Positions 1 through 9,359 are shown, counted from the stretch's first letter. The stretch: 32,000 nt of DNA from Formosa sp. Hel1_33_131 (GCF_001735745.1 NZ_CP017260.1:2220001-2252000); one strand, 5' to 3'. The notes: generated by a model from the letters alone, not told the origin. Translations and numbers: made by a program.

Positions 1-145
1 TAATTTTGTTGCTCTTAACGGCACCCGCTTCTTGAATCGCCCCTCCAAAAAGAAGTAGTTTTTCAGTCAGGGTTGTTTTTCCCGCATCGGGATGCGAGAC
101 AATACCAAAAGTACGGCGGCGTTCAATTTCACTTAAAAAAGACAT
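1..145 (-). CDS. prfC: peptide chain release factor 3 (RF3), first 48 codons only; the gene continues past the window start
   Basis: Reverse complement of 1..145 translates [48 protein letters not shown]. This is a translational-GTPase P-loop (SHPDAGKTT) in the RF3-type N-terminal context. The ATG is at 145..143. It is absent from the ORF track because it runs off the window. Confidence 0.85.
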   Translation of the reverse strand, partial: MSFLSEIERRRTFGIVSHPDAGKTTLTEKLLLFGGAIQEAGAVKSNKI

Positions 146-161
146 AAAAAGATAATTTTGG

Positions 162-169
162 CAAAGATA
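162..169 (-). promoter_or_regulatory. candidate Bacteroidota sigma-A -7 box (TAnnTTTG) for prfC
   Basis: Reverse complement of 162..169 is TATCTTTG, 16 nt upstream of the prfC ATG. Confidence 0.45.
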
Positions 170-290
170 CCATTATTCCCTAAAAAATAGAGTAGGGCAC
201 TCTAAAGATATAAGGAGCTCCCATAAAAATTCTACAGCATAAAAAAAGGCACAAAATGAATTATACCCTTTTAATGGAATCTTTTTAAAA

Positions 291-650
291 TTAAACGCCT
301 AACACAATAGAAGCCTCTATCCCTAATTTTTTACTGATGGTTCTAGCGACTTTCAAAGTAGGCTCACTTTTTCCTGTCAGATATTCACTGACTCTTGAGG
401 TACTGACTCCTAAAAGTTCTGATAACAATTTTTGATTTAAACCTCTTTCGGTCATTCGTAATTTGACGACTTCTGTAAGCGACGGTTTTTTTACGGGATA
501 ATTCTCTTCTTCGTAGGCAGCAACAAGGTCGGACAATAAATTAAGTTCTAAATATCCTTTAGCATTTTGATTTTCGATGTTGTCAGAAACCAGTAATAGC
601 TCTTCTACACGCTCTAAAATGGCTTTATATTGTGGTTCAGTATGTATCAT
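291..650 (-). CDS. higA: HigA-family antitoxin, XRE-type helix-turn-helix protein
   Basis: 119-aa ORF with a C-terminal HTH (LNQKLLSELLGVSTSRVSEYLTGKSEPTLKVARTISKKLGI). It starts 2 nt after the stop of the upstream HigB-like toxin gene, giving the toxin-first order typical of higBA. Confidence 0.8.
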   Translation of the reverse strand: MIHTEPQYKAILERVEELLLVSDNIENQNAKGYLELNLLSDLVAAYEEENYPVKKPSLTEVVKLRMTERGLNQKLLSELLGVSTSRVSEYLTGKSEPTLKVARTISKKLGIEASIVLGV

Positions 651-652
651 CT

Positions 653-949
653 TTATATAGTTTTAATATCCTTAATTTTATCATTTGCTGCGTGTGTACC
701 AATAAAACGGATATACACCTTTTGAGCATTAAATGATATGATTGCAATTAACCTATAAGCGTTTCCTTTAACGTTAAACACATATCTATGATTTCCTACA
801 TAATCTACGCTATTAAAGTCATTCTTAATATCTGTAAGATTTTGCCAAGATTTTGCTGTTATTGTATGATACCAAACATTTAAAGGTGCTTGTGTATCTG
901 GATGTTTTGTCGCAAATTCTTGGATTCGTTTGTAGGTCACAATACGCAT
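653..949 (-). CDS. higB: HigB-family (RelE-superfamily) mRNA interferase toxin
   Basis: MRIVTYKRIQEFATKHPDTQAPLNVWYHTITAKSWQNLTDIKNDFNSVDYVGNHRYVFNVKGNAYRLIAIISFNAQKVYIRFIGTHAANDKI matches the HigB toxin pattern (N..R.I. ... V.I..IGTH..YDK). I prefer the ATG at 949 over the TTG at 973 in the ORF track, because the TTG lies inside the candidate -7 box. Confidence 0.8.
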   Translation of the reverse strand: MRIVTYKRIQEFATKHPDTQAPLNVWYHTITAKSWQNLTDIKNDFNSVDYVGNHRYVFNVKGNAYRLIAIISFNAQKVYIRFIGTHAANDKIKDIKTI

Positions 950-970
950 GAGCTCCTTTTTTAAACAATA

Positions 971-978
971 CAAAGATA
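971..978 (-). promoter_or_regulatory. candidate -7 box (TAnnTTTG) for higBA
   Basis: Reverse complement of 971..978 is TATCTTTG, 21 nt upstream of the ATG at 949. Confidence 0.45.
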
Positions 979-1060
979 GTATTAAATTTTGTTTTTCAAA
1001 ATAATATCACAAAAAACAAAATAATTTTACACAAAAAACAGATACTTAATCAGGCTGTAC

Positions 1061-1975
1061 CTAAACCGTTAACGTATCACTTTCACTCCCTTTAAGCGTT
1101 TTAGCATCAAAATAAAAATCTATTTTCCCGAGGTAGAGTCCATAACATCCCACTTGATTGACAAGCACAGATTTCCCAACCGCATTGGTTTCTACAGTGG
1201 GTTTGTCTAAAAAAGTATGGGTGTGACCACCAATAATCAAATCGATGTCTTGAGTTGCTTTGGCCAATTTTATATCCGATATTTTAGAAGGTGATTTTTT
1301 ATATTCGTAACCAAGGTGCGACAGGCAAATGATTAAATCACAAGCTTCCTCAGTCTTTAAAATACGGCTCATATCTTGAGCAATTTCAATCGGGTCTAAA
1401 TAGTTAGTTTCTTTATAAGCTTCTTTATTGACCAGTCCATCAAGTTCAATCCCCAATCCAAAAACGCCAATTTTAATTCCATCTTTTACAAACGTTTTAT
1501 AAGGTTTGACATGCGTATCCATCACCGTATTTGAGAAATCGTAATTCGCAGAAATGAAATCAAATTTTGCGTGTGGAAGTTGTGCGTAAAGCCCGTTAAT
1601 TCCATTGTCAAAATCATGATTACCGATGGTTGCAACATCGTACTTTAACATACTCATCAGTTTGAATTCGAGTTCGCCTCCATAAAAGTTAAAATAGGGA
1701 GTCCCTTGAAAAATATCTCCAGCATCCAAAAGTAAGGTATTTGGATTTTCGTTTCTTAAGTTTTCCACAAGCGTTGCACGTCGAGCAACGCCCCCTTTGT
1801 TCGCGTTTCGTCCGTCGTTGGGACCAAAAGCCTCAATATGACTGTGCACATCATTCGTGTGAAGAATGGTGATTTTGGTCGCTTTCGCTTCTGAACAAGA
1901 TGCCAATCCCAAACCACTTAAAGATATAAATGCTGTGGAAGCAGCTGTTTTTTGAATAAAATTTCTACGTTTCAT
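1061..1975 (-). CDS. metallophosphoesterase half of a split UshA-like 5'-nucleotidase; Tat-type lipoprotein signal
   Basis: 304 aa. The N-terminus MKRRNFIQKTAASTAFISLSGLGLASCS carries a twin-arginine motif plus a lipobox Cys. Calcineurin-like phosphoesterase motifs are present (ILHTNDVHSH, DAGD, GNHDFD, GGHTH). Confidence 0.85.
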   Translation of the reverse strand: MKRRNFIQKTAASTAFISLSGLGLASCSEAKATKITILHTNDVHSHIEAFGPNDGRNANKGGVARRATLVENLRNENPNTLLLDAGDIFQGTPYFNFYGGELEFKLMSMLKYDVATIGNHDFDNGINGLYAQLPHAKFDFISANYDFSNTVMDTHVKPYKTFVKDGIKIGVFGLGIELDGLVNKEAYKETNYLDPIEIAQDMSRILKTEEACDLIICLSHLGYEYKKSPSKISDIKLAKATQDIDLIIGGHTHTFLDKPTVETNAVGKSVLVNQVGCYGLYLGKIDFYFDAKTLKGSESDTLTV

Positions 1976-2070
1976 GCGTCTATAGTTATTTGTTTTTTAA
2001 CGGTCACATGTGTTCGCAATAGATCATTCTCTTAGGAGATTCTATTTTTAACATGCTCGTTTCATGTGTG

Positions 2071-2829
2071 TTAATTTTCAAGCTTTATAAATCGTAGGTC
2101 TTTTTTAGGATTGAGGGTATCGTACTTTGTGAAATAATCAATGAGGACATTTCGGATTTTATAATTCATATCATAGAGGGTGTCACTTTTTTTTAAGAAA
2201 TCCATGCGATCGCCTCCATTGTATAAATAATCGTTGGTCGCTACATAGTAAGTTTTTTCGAGGTCTACTGGGTTGCCGTCGACTAAAATTTTACGATAGT
2301 TATTACCTGCATTTAACACCAATTCAAGTCCAGAAATGGGATGGGCTTTATTAAATTCTTTCAGGTAAGTGGTCATTTCCATAATGACAGACCCTTTCAG
2401 CGGTACCACCACCACACTATTTTCAAACGGCATCAGACTGTAAGCGGATTTTGTAGTGACTTCTCCTTTGGGTAAAATAGATCGAATCCCACCGTGATTC
2501 AACAGCACAATGTCGAGGTCATAGCCCGTACGACTTTTAAGTATGGGAGCAGAAAGTTCAAAAACAGCATCTGCCATTAGATTTCCAATGGCGGTGTTGT
2601 AGTCACCATCATTTTTAGAATACGTGTCCACAGCATAACTGAGTACCTCATTCATGGATTTGTCCAGATTTATTTTATAAGGATCAATAACCGCCTCAAT
2701 GGCTTTGTCAGACGGCATCTCTTTAGAAATGGAAATATTTTCACCTTTGGTATTTACAAGTTGTTTTGAATTATCACAAGATAAAAACAAGGAAAGAATC
2801 CCAATAATTTGAACGCATTTATACATCAT
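2071..2829 (-). CDS. 5'-nucleotidase C-terminal (substrate-binding) domain protein; Sec lipoprotein
   Basis: 252 aa. The signal ends in a lipobox (LSLFLSC). The body resembles the UshA C-terminal domain (GNLMADA, LNHGGIR, TNDYLYNGGD). It lies directly upstream of the metallophosphoesterase half. Confidence 0.8.
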   Translation of the reverse strand: MMYKCVQIIGILSLFLSCDNSKQLVNTKGENISISKEMPSDKAIEAVIDPYKINLDKSMNEVLSYAVDTYSKNDGDYNTAIGNLMADAVFELSAPILKSRTGYDLDIVLLNHGGIRSILPKGEVTTKSAYSLMPFENSVVVVPLKGSVIMEMTTYLKEFNKAHPISGLELVLNAGNNYRKILVDGNPVDLEKTYYVATNDYLYNGGDRMDFLKKSDTLYDMNYKIRNVLIDYFTKYDTLNPKKDLRFIKLEN

Positions 2830-2835
2830 TTATGT

Positions 2836-2843
2836 TACATTTG
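2836..2843 (+). promoter_or_regulatory. candidate -7 box (TACATTTG) for the 2863 gene and dapA
   Basis: Exact TAnnTTTG match 19 nt upstream of the ATG at 2863. Confidence 0.45.
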
Positions 2844-2862
2844 TAGTTGACAATAAAGGTAA

Positions 2863-3381
2863 ATGTTTTTCAAACAATTTCGAACGCTATCGCTTCAAAA
2901 AAATATCACTTTAATTCTTAAATCTCGAATCAAGAATTTTCAAAGTGGTAAAGTCAATTCTATTGGTGTTATTTTTGATTACGATGCGTACTATGACTAT
3001 GATTTTTTTCGAAATCTCATTAAAGATTTAGGGGTTATGGACACTAAAGTTCGCTTTATTGCCAAGGTTGATTTGGAAAAAAACAAGCCAAACAGCTGGG
3101 ATTCCTTTTTTAGTTTAGATAATTTTGATTGGTTAGGACGCCCCAAAAGTGTTGAGATTGAAGAATTTGTAGAACAGCCATTTGATGTGTTGATTAGCTA
3201 TTACAAGACCAATCAATTAGAGCTTAATTTGGTCACAGCACGTTCCAAAGCAAATTTCAAAATTGGGATTACCAACGAAGATTCGCGTTTACACGATTTA
3301 ACCATTGACGTTGAGCCCGCAGATACAGATATTTTTAAGATAGAATTAATTAAATATTTAACCCAACTAAATAGGTTGTAA
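2863..3381 (+). CDS. conserved hypothetical protein, translationally coupled to dapA
   Basis: 172-aa ORF. Its stop at 3379..3381 is 1 nt before the dapA ATG. I recognise no catalytic motif. Confidence 0.6.
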   Translation: MFFKQFRTLSLQKNITLILKSRIKNFQSGKVNSIGVIFDYDAYYDYDFFRNLIKDLGVMDTKVRFIAKVDLEKNKPNSWDSFFSLDNFDWLGRPKSVEIEEFVEQPFDVLISYYKTNQLELNLVTARSKANFKIGITNEDSRLHDLTIDVEPADTDIFKIELIKYLTQLNRL

Positions 3382-3382
3382 A

Positions 3383-4258
3383 ATGAATGCATTCATTGGG
3401 ACTGGAGTTGCCCTTATCACTCCATTTAAAGCAGATTTAAGTATCGACCACCAAGCCTTAGCAGCGGTTGTAGAATTTAACATCTCAAACGGTGTTAATT
3501 ATCTAGTCATTAGTGGAACCACAGGAGAAAGTGCGACCATCACGGCGAAAGAGAAAAAAGAAATTTCAGCGACAATTATCAAAGCGAACAAAGGCCGTGT
3601 GCCTTTGGTCATCGGAATTGGTGGAAACAACACAGCAGCAGTGGTCGAGGAATTACAGTCCACAGATCTTTCCCCGTTTGCAGCCATTTTGTCCGTAGCG
3701 CCTTACTACAGCAAACCCACTCAAGAAGGGTTTTATCAGCATTTTAAAGCCATCGCAGAAGCATCCAAAATACCAGTAGTTTTGTACAATGTGCCAGGCC
3801 GAACGGCTAAAAATATGGAAGCCTCCACAATTTTGCGACTCGCCACTGACTTCAAATCCATTGTTGCGGTGAAAGAAGCCGGAAATAATAGGGAACAATA
3901 TTTAGAACTCATAAAAAATAAACCAGCCGATTTCTTAGTGATTTCTGGCGATGATGATTTAGTGCTAGGCGTGACCTTAGCAGGAGGTTCTGGAGTCATT
4001 TCAGTGATTGGACAAGCCTTTCCAAAAGAATTCTCTCAGATGATTCAATGGGGATTAGAAGGGAATACGGAAGATTCTCGTAAGCTAGAAGCTCGTTTAA
4101 TGCCGATCATCAATTTGATATTTGAAGAAAACAATCCAGCAGGCATCAAAGCAGTCTTCAAAAAAATGGGGTATTGTGAGGACGCCGTGCGTTTGCCGCT
4201 TGTCCCTGCAACCGAAGCCTTACAGTCAAAAATAGCAGCCTTTATAGCACAGTTTTAG
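3383..4258 (+). CDS. dapA: 4-hydroxy-tetrahydrodipicolinate synthase
   Basis: 291 aa with DapA/NAL-family signatures (GTTGESATIT, YNVPGRT, and the catalytic Lys context VAVKEA). Confidence 0.93.
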   Translation: MNAFIGTGVALITPFKADLSIDHQALAAVVEFNISNGVNYLVISGTTGESATITAKEKKEISATIIKANKGRVPLVIGIGGNNTAAVVEELQSTDLSPFAAILSVAPYYSKPTQEGFYQHFKAIAEASKIPVVLYNVPGRTAKNMEASTILRLATDFKSIVAVKEAGNNREQYLELIKNKPADFLVISGDDDLVLGVTLAGGSGVISVIGQAFPKEFSQMIQWGLEGNTEDSRKLEARLMPIINLIFEENNPAGIKAVFKKMGYCEDAVRLPLVPATEALQSKIAAFIAQF

Positions 4259-4344
4259 TTAAATATTACTTAAACCCTTAGTATGGAAAATGAAACCTAT
4301 TAATTTAGCTAAAATAATAGTTTTTTAAATCCGTTATAAATCCG

Positions 4345-4352
4345 TAATTTTG
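4345..4352 (+). promoter_or_regulatory. candidate -7 box (TAATTTTG) for bamD
   Basis: Exact TAnnTTTG match 20 nt upstream of the ATG at 4373. Confidence 0.5.
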
Positions 4353-4372
4353 CCCACATTCTTAAAATATTT

Positions 4373-5188
4373 ATGAAGAATTTTATATACATCTTAATTA
4401 TAGCATTTTCATTGAACTCCTGTAGTGAATACCAGAAGGTTTTGAAAAATGAAGACATTGCTGCTAAGTTTAAATTAGGTACTGAGCTTTTTGAAGAAGG
4501 CAAGTTTGCCAAAGCAAACCGCCTATTCGTGCAAATTGTTCCTAAATACAGAGGGAAACCACAAGCGCAGAAGTTGATGTATATGTACTGTAAAACCTAC
4601 TACGAAACTAGAGATTATTACACGGCCAACTACCAGATGGAACGCTTTGTAAATGCATATCCAAAAAGCGAAAAAATTCAAGAAATAGCTTTTTTAGCAG
4701 CCAAAAGTTACTACAAACTTTCGCCACTGTTTTCTAAAGATCAAACCGAAACCGTCGAAGCGGTAGATAAACTTCAAATGTTTATCAACACCTATCCTTT
4801 ATCGGAGTACTTGGATCAAGCCAGTACCTTGGTAAGAGAACTAGATTATAAACTAGAAAAAAAAGCATTTAACATTGCTTTGCAATACAACCAGACAGGG
4901 CCGTATCACAGAGATTATAATTCTGCAATCACCGCCTTAGATAATTTCCTCATTGAATTTCCAGGCTCCTCTTTCAAAGAACAGGCCATGTATTATAAAT
5001 TTGATTCCGCCTATGAATTGGCTATGAATAGTGTGGAATGGAAACAACCGGAGCGTGTTGAAAAAGCATTGACTTTTTACAATTCTCTGTTATATGTGTT
5101 TCCGGAGACCCAAAACAATGAAGACATTCAGAAGATGCTCGAAGCCTTAAAATCAATTCAAACTAATTCACCAACGACTAAAAGTTAA
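4373..5188 (+). CDS. bamD: outer membrane protein assembly factor BamD (TPR lipoprotein)
   Basis: 271 aa with a lipoprotein signal (FSLNSC) and a TPR-like helical repeat body. Its position ahead of rpoZ-coaBC is typical of Flavobacteriia. Confidence 0.8.
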   Translation: MKNFIYILIIAFSLNSCSEYQKVLKNEDIAAKFKLGTELFEEGKFAKANRLFVQIVPKYRGKPQAQKLMYMYCKTYYETRDYYTANYQMERFVNAYPKSEKIQEIAFLAAKSYYKLSPLFSKDQTETVEAVDKLQMFINTYPLSEYLDQASTLVRELDYKLEKKAFNIALQYNQTGPYHRDYNSAITALDNFLIEFPGSSFKEQAMYYKFDSAYELAMNSVEWKQPERVEKALTFYNSLLYVFPETQNNEDIQKMLEALKSIQTNSPTTKS

Positions 5189-5196
5189 TATTCATT

Positions 5197-5529
5197 ATGG
5201 ACTTAAAAAAAGTAAATGCACCCGTTAATACAGAAACTTACGATCGAAATAAAGTAGATGCGCCAACGCAAAATATCTACGAAGCGATTTCTGTAATTTC
5301 TCGTAGAGCAGAGCAAATCAACACCGACATCAGAAGAGAGTTGATTGACAAGCTTGAAGAATTTGCAACTTTTAACGATAGCTTAGAAGAAGTGTTTGAA
5401 AACAAAGAACAAATTGAAGTCTCTAAGTTTTACGAGCGTCTTCCAAAGCCACACGCTTTAGCCGTTCAAGAATGGTTAAACGACAAAATCTACTACCGTA
5501 GTGTAGAAGAAGATTCTGAAGAAAAATAA
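5197..5529 (+). CDS. rpoZ: DNA-directed RNA polymerase subunit omega (long Bacteroidota form)
   Basis: 110 aa. The NIYEAISVISRRAEQIN segment matches the omega/Rpb6 core. The bamD-rpoZ-coaBC context is conserved, which I recall from memory and did not verify by search. Confidence 0.65.
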   Translation: MDLKKVNAPVNTETYDRNKVDAPTQNIYEAISVISRRAEQINTDIRRELIDKLEEFATFNDSLEEVFENKEQIEVSKFYERLPKPHALAVQEWLNDKIYYRSVEEDSEEK

Positions 5530-5532
5530 AAG

Positions 5533-6744
5533 ATGTCTATTTTACGCGGTAAACATATTCTTTTAGGAATTACTGCCGGTATTGCTGCGTACAAAACAGC
5601 ATCCCTTGTAAGATTATTTATCAAAGCTGGTGCCGACGTCAAAGTCATAATGACGCCAGCTGCGAAAGATTTTATTACTCCGCTTACGCTTTCAACCCTT
5701 TCTAAAAACCCAGTCATTTCTTCGTTTACTGAAGAAACTGATGAGAATGCGGTGTGGAACAACCACGTCGATTTGGGATTGTGGGCAGACTTATTTATTG
5801 TCGCGCCAGTCACGGCAAACACCCTTTCTAAAATGGCAGCCGGAAGCAGCGATAATTTTCTGGTAGCGACTTATCTTTCTGCCAAATGTCCTGTCTATTT
5901 TGCACCCGCCATGGATTTGGACATGTACAAACATCCTTCCACAAAAGCTTCTTTAGAAACCCTTCAATCTTTTGGAAACATCATGATTCCAGCAACCGCA
6001 GGCGAATTGGCAAGTGGCTTGGTTGGAGAAGGAAGAATGGCAGAGCCAGAAGCCATTGTAAACCATATAGAGTCTCATATTTTAGAAACAATGCCCTTGT
6101 ACGGAAAAACCGTATTGGTCACTGCAGGCCCTACCTATGAAGCCATCGACCCCGTTCGTTTTATTGGAAACCATTCTAGCGGACTCATGGGATTTGAAAT
6201 TGCCAACCACGCGGCACAACTAGGAGCAGAGGTCATTTACATTACGGGGCCCACACATTACAAAACTGACCATTCTCGCATCAAAACCATTCCCGTTGTG
6301 AGTGCAGAGGAAATGTACACACAAGTACATGCCAATTTTCAATCTGTTGACATCGCAATCTTGTCTGCAGCAGTCGCCGATTATAAACCAAAAACGACCG
6401 CCACTTCCAAAATAAAAAAGGCCTCCCCAACGTTATCCTTAGAATTAGAAAAAACAAAAGATATTTTGGCATCGCTAGGAGCTATCAAATCCCACCAACT
6501 TCTTGTCGGTTTCGCATTAGAAACCAATGATGAGGTTGCCAATGCGATAAAAAAGCTAAAATCTAAAAATTTAGATTTAATTGTGTTAAATTCGTTAAAT
6601 GATGCAGGTGCCGGATTTGGAGGAACCACCAATAAAGTCACCCTTATCGATAAAAATTTAGTCCAAACAGAATTCCCTCTAAAATCAAAAGCTGAAGTTG
6701 CTATTGATATTATGAATGAACTTTTAAAACAATTCAATGCGTAG
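5533..6744 (+). CDS. coaBC: bifunctional phosphopantothenoylcysteine decarboxylase / phosphopantothenate-cysteine ligase
   Basis: 403 aa with an N-terminal flavoprotein domain (GKHILLGITAGIAAYK, PAMD..M) and a C-terminal CoaB domain (GPT.E.IDPVRFI.N.SSG, AAVADY). Confidence 0.93.
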   Translation: MSILRGKHILLGITAGIAAYKTASLVRLFIKAGADVKVIMTPAAKDFITPLTLSTLSKNPVISSFTEETDENAVWNNHVDLGLWADLFIVAPVTANTLSKMAAGSSDNFLVATYLSAKCPVYFAPAMDLDMYKHPSTKASLETLQSFGNIMIPATAGELASGLVGEGRMAEPEAIVNHIESHILETMPLYGKTVLVTAGPTYEAIDPVRFIGNHSSGLMGFEIANHAAQLGAEVIYITGPTHYKTDHSRIKTIPVVSAEEMYTQVHANFQSVDIAILSAAVADYKPKTTATSKIKKASPTLSLELEKTKDILASLGAIKSHQLLVGFALETNDEVANAIKKLKSKNLDLIVLNSLNDAGAGFGGTTNKVTLIDKNLVQTEFPLKSKAEVAIDIMNELLKQFNA

Positions 6745-7627
6745 ATTAATTCTTTTAGTTGCTATTTTCACTTCGATGTATGGAAGTTCGCAAGAGCTGA
6801 ATTGCACGGTCGTTGTCAATGCACAGCAAACAGGTAATGAGAATGTTCAGGTGTTTAAAACCCTAGAGAAACAACTCAATGAATTTGTAAACAACACCCG
6901 TTGGACTGATAAAACCTTCAAACCCCAAGAGCACATTGAGTGCAGCATGGTCATTACCGTTCAAGATTACCAATCGGATACCTTTCAAGCGTCTATTCAA
7001 ATTCAGTCCGCACGCCCAGTGCATAACGCGTCTTATGCCAGTTCGGTTTACAATTTCAATGACAAAGATTTTACATTCAAGTATTTAGAATATCAGAATC
7101 TAAATTTCAGTGCCAATCAATTTGAATCCAATCTAGTCTCAGTCATCGCATTTCATGTCTATATGATTTTAGGAATGGATGCCGACACCTTTGAGCTCAA
7201 TGGCGGCGATGAATATTACAAACAAGCCCGTGATATTGTCAGCTACTCACAGCAAACCAACTCTAAAGGTTGGGCGCCACCATCGGGAGGCGATCAAACC
7301 CGAAATGTATTAATCACCAACATCTTATCGCCAACCTTCAAAGAATTTCGTTCCGTCTTGTTTGACTACCACTTAAAAGGGATGGATTTGATGGCAGACA
7401 ATGTAAAAGACGGCAAGACAGCAGTTGCGACCGCCTTGTCTCAATTGGAAAACTTACACAACAGACGTCCAAACTCCTTTTTGCTTCGTGTCTTTTTTGA
7501 TGCAAAAGCAGATGAGATTTCAGATGTCTTTTCAGATGGACCTGCTGTGAACATTGCAAATTTAGTTTCAACACTTTCCAGAATTGCACCCATGTATTCT
7601 AGGAAATGGCGAAATATAAAATTTTAA
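6737..7627 (+). CDS. DUF4835-family secreted protein (PorD-like T9SS-associated family)
   Basis: 296 aa with a signal peptide followed by QELNCTVVVNAQQ...VFKTLEKQLNEFVNNTRWT, the characteristic DUF4835 start. It overlaps the coaBC stop by 8 nt. The PorD equivalence is from memory. Confidence 0.7.
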   Translation: MRRLILLVAIFTSMYGSSQELNCTVVVNAQQTGNENVQVFKTLEKQLNEFVNNTRWTDKTFKPQEHIECSMVITVQDYQSDTFQASIQIQSARPVHNASYASSVYNFNDKDFTFKYLEYQNLNFSANQFESNLVSVIAFHVYMILGMDADTFELNGGDEYYKQARDIVSYSQQTNSKGWAPPSGGDQTRNVLITNILSPTFKEFRSVLFDYHLKGMDLMADNVKDGKTAVATALSQLENLHNRRPNSFLLRVFFDAKADEISDVFSDGPAVNIANLVSTLSRIAPMYSRKWRNIKF

Positions 7628-7695
7628 AGTTTTTCGATTTCATTTCAAATTAGTTTCATAGATAGTTTATCTTGTTCCTAAAATAAATAAAAACC

Positions 7696-9348
7696 TTGCT
7701 TTCAGAACTCACCATAAAAAATTACGCTCTAATTGACACCCTTCAGGTTCAATTTGATTCTGGTTTTACCAGCATCACGGGGGAGACAGGCGCGGGTAAA
7801 TCTATTTTATTAGGCGGTTTGGCATTGGTACTTGGAAAGCGTGCCGATTTATCAAACATCAATGACCCCACTCAAAAATGTATAATTGAAGCAACATTCA
7901 ATATTGAGAATTTTAACCTCCAACCCTTTTTTGAGGAGCAGGATCTCGATTTTGAATCTCATACTATCTTGCGAAGAGAGATTTTACCTTCTGGAAAATC
8001 CAGGGCATTTGTAAACGACTCACCAGTAAACCTTGCAATTTTAGCCGAACTCGGTGGGCAATTGATAGACATCCATTCGCAACAACAAACTCAGGAATTG
8101 ACCAATGATGATTTTCAATTTCAAATCATTGATGCCTTGGCAAAAAATAGCACAGCGGTGGAGACCTACCAACAGTTGTTGAAATCTTACAAAGCAACCC
8201 AAAAACAACTCAGGGAATTAAGCGAATCCAAATTACAATCTGAAAAAGAACAAGACTACCAGTCTTTTTTATTAAACGAATTAACCGAAGCAAAGCTTCA
8301 AGGCATCCATTTAGAAGCCTTAGAACTCGAATACAATACCTTGAACAATGTGGAGTCCATTCAAACCGAACTCGCTTTGGCCAATCAAATTATAAGTACC
8401 GAAGATTTAGGCGTCGCCTCCAATCTGAGAACCCTCAAACAAGTAGTTCATAAACTCTCCGAAATTTCATCTGTTTACAGTTCGTTATCCGAACGCATTG
8501 AAAGTGTTGCGATTGAATTGGACGATGTGTTCAGTGAGATAGAATCCGAACAAACCAAGCTAGAAGTCAACCCCACACGACTGAGTGAAATTGATGCGAT
8601 GCTTCAAGTCATACATAACTTGTTTACGAAACACAATGTAAACTCTGTAGAAGCACTTATAGATATAGAAACTGATTTATCCACCCAATTAGACACTTTA
8701 GCCTCTTTGGACGACACCATATCCACCCTTGAAAACACACTGGAATCACTGGTTAAAAAACTAGACAAACAAGCTGCAACTATACACAAACAACGGCAAC
8801 AGGTATTACCAGATTTAATCCATCAGTTAGAAACCATTCTGACGGATTTGGGAATGCCCAATGCGCGTTTTAAATTATTGTTAAATCCATCCGAAACCTA
8901 TTTGTATAACGGAAAAGATCAGTTAGAATTTTTATTCACCGCCAACAAAGGAGGGCAGTTTTTACCCCTTAAAAAAGCAGCGTCTGGAGGTGAGCTTTCT
9001 CGAATTATGTTGGCAATCAAATCCGTCTTATCTAAATACCAGCAATTGCCAACCATTATGTTTGATGAAATTGACACCGGTGTTTCAGGTGAAATTGCCC
9101 ACAAAATGGGGGACATCATGAATCAGATGAGTGCCTATATGCAAGTCTTTTCAATTACCCACCTCCCACAAATTGCAGCCAAAGGGCAGTCGCATTTTAA
9201 AGTTTTTAAGCAAGACACACAAAACACAACAGTGACGTCTCTTAAAAAACTAACAACACAGGAGCGTGTCGAAGAAATTGCGCAAATGCTAGGCGGCAAA
9301 GAATTATCTGCATCCGCAATCGCACATGCAAATCAGTTATTGAATTAA
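7696..9348 (+). CDS. recN: DNA repair protein RecN
   Basis: 550 aa with a TTG start, an SMC-like Walker A (GETGAGKSIL), a long coiled-coil middle, and a signature/Walker B end (ASGGELSRIMLAIK, MFDEIDTGVSG). Confidence 0.93.
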   Translation: MLSELTIKNYALIDTLQVQFDSGFTSITGETGAGKSILLGGLALVLGKRADLSNINDPTQKCIIEATFNIENFNLQPFFEEQDLDFESHTILRREILPSGKSRAFVNDSPVNLAILAELGGQLIDIHSQQQTQELTNDDFQFQIIDALAKNSTAVETYQQLLKSYKATQKQLRELSESKLQSEKEQDYQSFLLNELTEAKLQGIHLEALELEYNTLNNVESIQTELALANQIISTEDLGVASNLRTLKQVVHKLSEISSVYSSLSERIESVAIELDDVFSEIESEQTKLEVNPTRLSEIDAMLQVIHNLFTKHNVNSVEALIDIETDLSTQLDTLASLDDTISTLENTLESLVKKLDKQAATIHKQRQQVLPDLIHQLETILTDLGMPNARFKLLLNPSETYLYNGKDQLEFLFTANKGGQFLPLKKAASGGELSRIMLAIKSVLSKYQQLPTIMFDEIDTGVSGEIAHKMGDIMNQMSAYMQVFSITHLPQIAAKGQSHFKVFKQDTQNTTVTSLKKLTTQERVEEIAQMLGGKELSASAIAHANQLLN

Positions 9349-9351
9349 TGT

Positions 9352-9359
9352 TATATTTG
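9352..9359 (+). promoter_or_regulatory. candidate -7 box (TATATTTG) for fabI
   Basis: Exact TAnnTTTG match in the 52-bp recN-fabI gap, 41 nt upstream of the ATG at 9401. Confidence 0.4.

Noticed and set aside
153-160. Plus-strand TAATTTTG box at 153..160, and a plus-strand TATATTTG near 25444, as promoters of unannotated plus-strand transcripts or sRNAs
   Set aside because: There is no plus-strand ORF or recognisable RNA structure downstream, and the motif is short enough to occur by chance in AT-rich spacers.
3499-3999. Four overlapping 61-87-aa ORFs inside or antisense to dapA, and similar ones inside coaBC, recN, fabI, the kinase, the K+ channel and the oxidoreductase genes
   Set aside because: They lie entirely within well-supported conserved genes, have low-complexity or unusual composition, and have no independent start context. 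They are typical spurious shadow ORFs.
4259-4372. Possible ncRNA or riboswitch in the larger intergenic gaps (146..290, 4259..4372, 10277..10445, 31155..31235)
   Set aside because: I could not recognise a conserved riboswitch, tRNA or tmRNA-like fold or sequence. Only weak 5-bp hairpins are present.
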